Virus record (IMG/VR): IMGVR_UViG_3300012971_000074
Coordinates: 1 to 27,653 of that record
Source: a virus
Taxonomy: Duplodnaviria > Caudoviricetes
DNA length: 27,653 nt
Reading direction: 5' to 3' (one strand)
Part shown: positions 25,880 to 27,653 of the stretch, in pieces
Position numbering within the stretch: the first letter of the stretch is position 1
How the letters are laid out: every line of letters begins with the position of its first letter
Program-made: the position numbers and the translations under genes
Notes under the pieces: model-generated
What the model was told of the DNA's origin: nothing
Seen by the model: the letters and a program-made list of their open reading frames with translations, nothing else
Database searches by the model: none

Positions 25880-27595
25880 GTGAAATACGTTCAGCCATAC
25901 GGGATCACCGATCCTAACGCGTCTTACATCAATGGAGACCCGTCGGTTGCGCGTCAGGGCAGTATTCCGCCTGCAGCCGCTTTCGAAAATCCGATGCGCG
26001 AGCTTGTCCATATCATCACGGACAGCAACATCGTTCCCGCCGATACTGATCTTGAGCAGTGTGCCAAAGGCATGCGCTCGCAGTACATGAACTATTGCGT
26101 TGATACTGGATCGGTCAACACGCTGTCAGTCGCGCTCAATCCTCCGCTTGGCGGCTACAGCTTTGGTCTTCCGCTGCGCGTCAAGGTGCGCAACACAAAC
26201 ACCGGTGCTTGTACAATTGATGCCGGCGCTGGTCGAGTGCCGATCAGAAAACCTAACGGCTCCGAGCTACAGTCTGGCGATCTTCCTGCTTTTGCCATGG
26301 CCGAGCTGGTTTATGATGGCACCGTCTTCCAGATGATCAATTTTACCGGCACCGCACCTAGCGGTCCGCCTCAGACTTTCTTGTACAACATTCCGTACTG
26401 CGTCGACGCGTCAGCGACGCCCAATCTGGTCACCGCCAATTTCAGTCCGGCGATAACATCGCTTGCGGCGGGCACGATTTTCATGGTGAAGATCGCCAAC
26501 ACCAGCAACGGTTCAACCGCGAACATCAACGTCAATAGTCTCGGCAACAAGCCAATTTTTGCGCAGGGTTGTAATACGAACTGGCCGCTGCTGCCTGGTG
26601 ATATGCAAGCCGGCGACGTTCTAATTTTCACTTACGATGGAACACGTTTTTGGATTTATGCTAATCCGGCCATCACTCAAGCTGCCGTGCTCAACTGCTC
26701 AACGATAGCTCAGGTTCGAGATTTGTTTTCTGCTCTTGGTCGCAAGCGCATCGCGCTAACGGGCAGCTTGTCGATAGTATTAGCGATCGGCACTTACACC
26801 GGCCTTGAGAGCACGGGAGCTCAAGTCCTTACGACTTATCATCCTGACTCAGATCGTATCTTTCTTATGGGTACGATGAAAGCCGGTCAACAGCCGCCGC
26901 CCAATGCCGGGGTATTTCAGCGCAGCGGCTCCGATGCTGCGTCTCGCGCTAATGACTCGTCCTACAACATACAGATGTTGCGCTCGAGGTATGGAACAGA
27001 ATTCCAAATGGGCAGCTCCCCAGCGAACGGTATCGTTCATGTGGGTCCCGGTGCAATCAACATTTCAAACATCTTGGTTACCGGGCCAAATACTCCAGTC
27101 ACGCAAGCTGGCTTTGCTGCCATCACGAGCATGACTTTGAATGGCTGTAGCGTCTGGGGATCAGGCGATATCGGCTTTGGAGGTTACAACACGTCTACTT
27201 TGTCTTGCACTAATTGTCATGCTAGTTCTTGTTCAAGCCGAGGCTTTGCTGCAGTTTACGGTTCATTCTTGAATCTTGCAGGCGGCAGCTCTCAAGGAAA
27301 TGGAACGATCGGAGTTGAAGCTTCGCAGGGGGCCAGAGTCGGCTCTACGACTTCGGATGGTTCGGCGACATTAGCTCAGGGATTTCAAGCTTCTTGCAAC
27401 GGTAGTTTCGGAGCCAGCGCTCAATCTGCTTTCATCCTCCTGAATTATGCCACGCTTGTCGCCAATGGCTCCGTCGACTTCTACGCATTTAATATGGGAT
27501 CGGCTGCACAGTACGGCGGAAGCATCGGCACGGTGTCGCCAGCCTATGGCAACGAAGGCAATCTGAATTCGATTGCTGTCAACTATGGTCCTTGA
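25880..27595 (+). CDS. Side tail fibre/tailspike with duplicated N-proximal domain and probable beta-helix C-terminus
   Basis: GTG at 25880 after AGGAGAGG. Baseplate-anchor-like N-terminus (Y.NGDP....GSIPPA...E...RELV). Two YCVD...YDGT.F repeats (26093-26338, 26396-26659). Gly/Ser/Asn-rich repetitive C-terminus. Confidence 0.82.
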   Translation: MKYVQPYGITDPNASYINGDPSVARQGSIPPAAAFENPMRELVHIITDSNIVPADTDLEQCAKGMRSQYMNYCVDTGSVNTLSVALNPPLGGYSFGLPLRVKVRNTNTGACTIDAGAGRVPIRKPNGSELQSGDLPAFAMAELVYDGTVFQMINFTGTAPSGPPQTFLYNIPYCVDASATPNLVTANFSPAITSLAAGTIFMVKIANTSNGSTANINVNSLGNKPIFAQGCNTNWPLLPGDMQAGDVLIFTYDGTRFWIYANPAITQAAVLNCSTIAQVRDLFSALGRKRIALTGSLSIVLAIGTYTGLESTGAQVLTTYHPDSDRIFLMGTMKAGQQPPPNAGVFQRSGSDAASRANDSSYNIQMLRSRYGTEFQMGSSPANGIVHVGPGAINISNILVTGPNTPVTQAGFAAITSMTLNGCSVWGSGDIGFGGYNTSTLSCTNCHASSCSSRGFAAVYGSFLNLAGGSSQGNGTIGVEASQGARVGSTTSDGSATLAQGFQASCNGSFGASAQSAFILLNYATLVANGSVDFYAFNMGSAAQYGGSIGTVSPAYGNEGNLNSIAVNYGP

Positions 27596-27610
27596 TGATG
27601 GGGCTCTCTC

Positions 27611-27653
27611 ATGACAACCCAAGTCCTTCAAGTTTTCATCAGCGCGACTGATA
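27611..27653 (+). CDS. Probable start of next gene (truncated): MTTQVLQVFISATD...
   Basis: ATG 15 nt after the fibre stop; frame open to the window end. Confidence 0.35.
   Translation, partial: MTTQVLQVFISATD

Larger units (their letters stand above)
1..27653 (+). mobile_element. Phage/prophage late morphogenesis region (myovirus; HK97-like portal/neck, Mu-like contractile tail and baseplate)
   Basis: Continuous, tightly coupled + strand run of portal, neck, sheath, tube, chaperone, tape measure, Mu gpN/44/45/46/47/48-like and fibre genes. No host genes or att sites in the window, so prophage versus free phage cannot be decided. Confidence 0.97.

Noticed and set aside
1-27653. Tailocin or extracellular contractile injection system
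   Set aside because: Portal, head-tail adaptor and closure genes indicate a DNA-packaging head.

Overview
The whole window is the virion-morphogenesis (late) region of a GC-rich myovirus or prophage. It has an HK97-type portal/neck and a Mu-like contractile tail. Gene order on the + strand: portal (5' truncated), collagen-like protein, head-tail adaptor, neck protein, head closure, tail terminator, Mu gp38/DUF2635, tail sheath, tail tube, tail assembly chaperone with a -1 frameshift, two tandem paralogous tape-measure-like genes, split Mu gpN, gp44 hub, gp45 spike, two Mtd_N-type fibre genes plus a small ORF, gp46, gp47/J, gp48 and a tail fibre. Main points not visible in the ORF track: (1) the sheath gene really starts at 5506 and is interrupted by a compact, ORF-less group I (IA2-like) intron at 5553-5802; (2) two free-standing homing endonuclease genes (GIY-YIG and HNH) flank the sheath gene on the antisense strand, each with a candidate leaderless promoter inside the neighbouring gene's translation-start region, suggesting collaborative homing; (3) the two tape-measure paralogues share a scaffold but carry different predicted hydrolase cargoes; (4) the spike ends in a foldon-like motif plus DGGNF and is followed by Mtd_N proteins, suggesting a daisy-chained receptor-binding assembly; (5) a ~67-aa module is shared by the tail terminator and the sheath. 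All family calls come from motif recognition by eye; no database searches were run.
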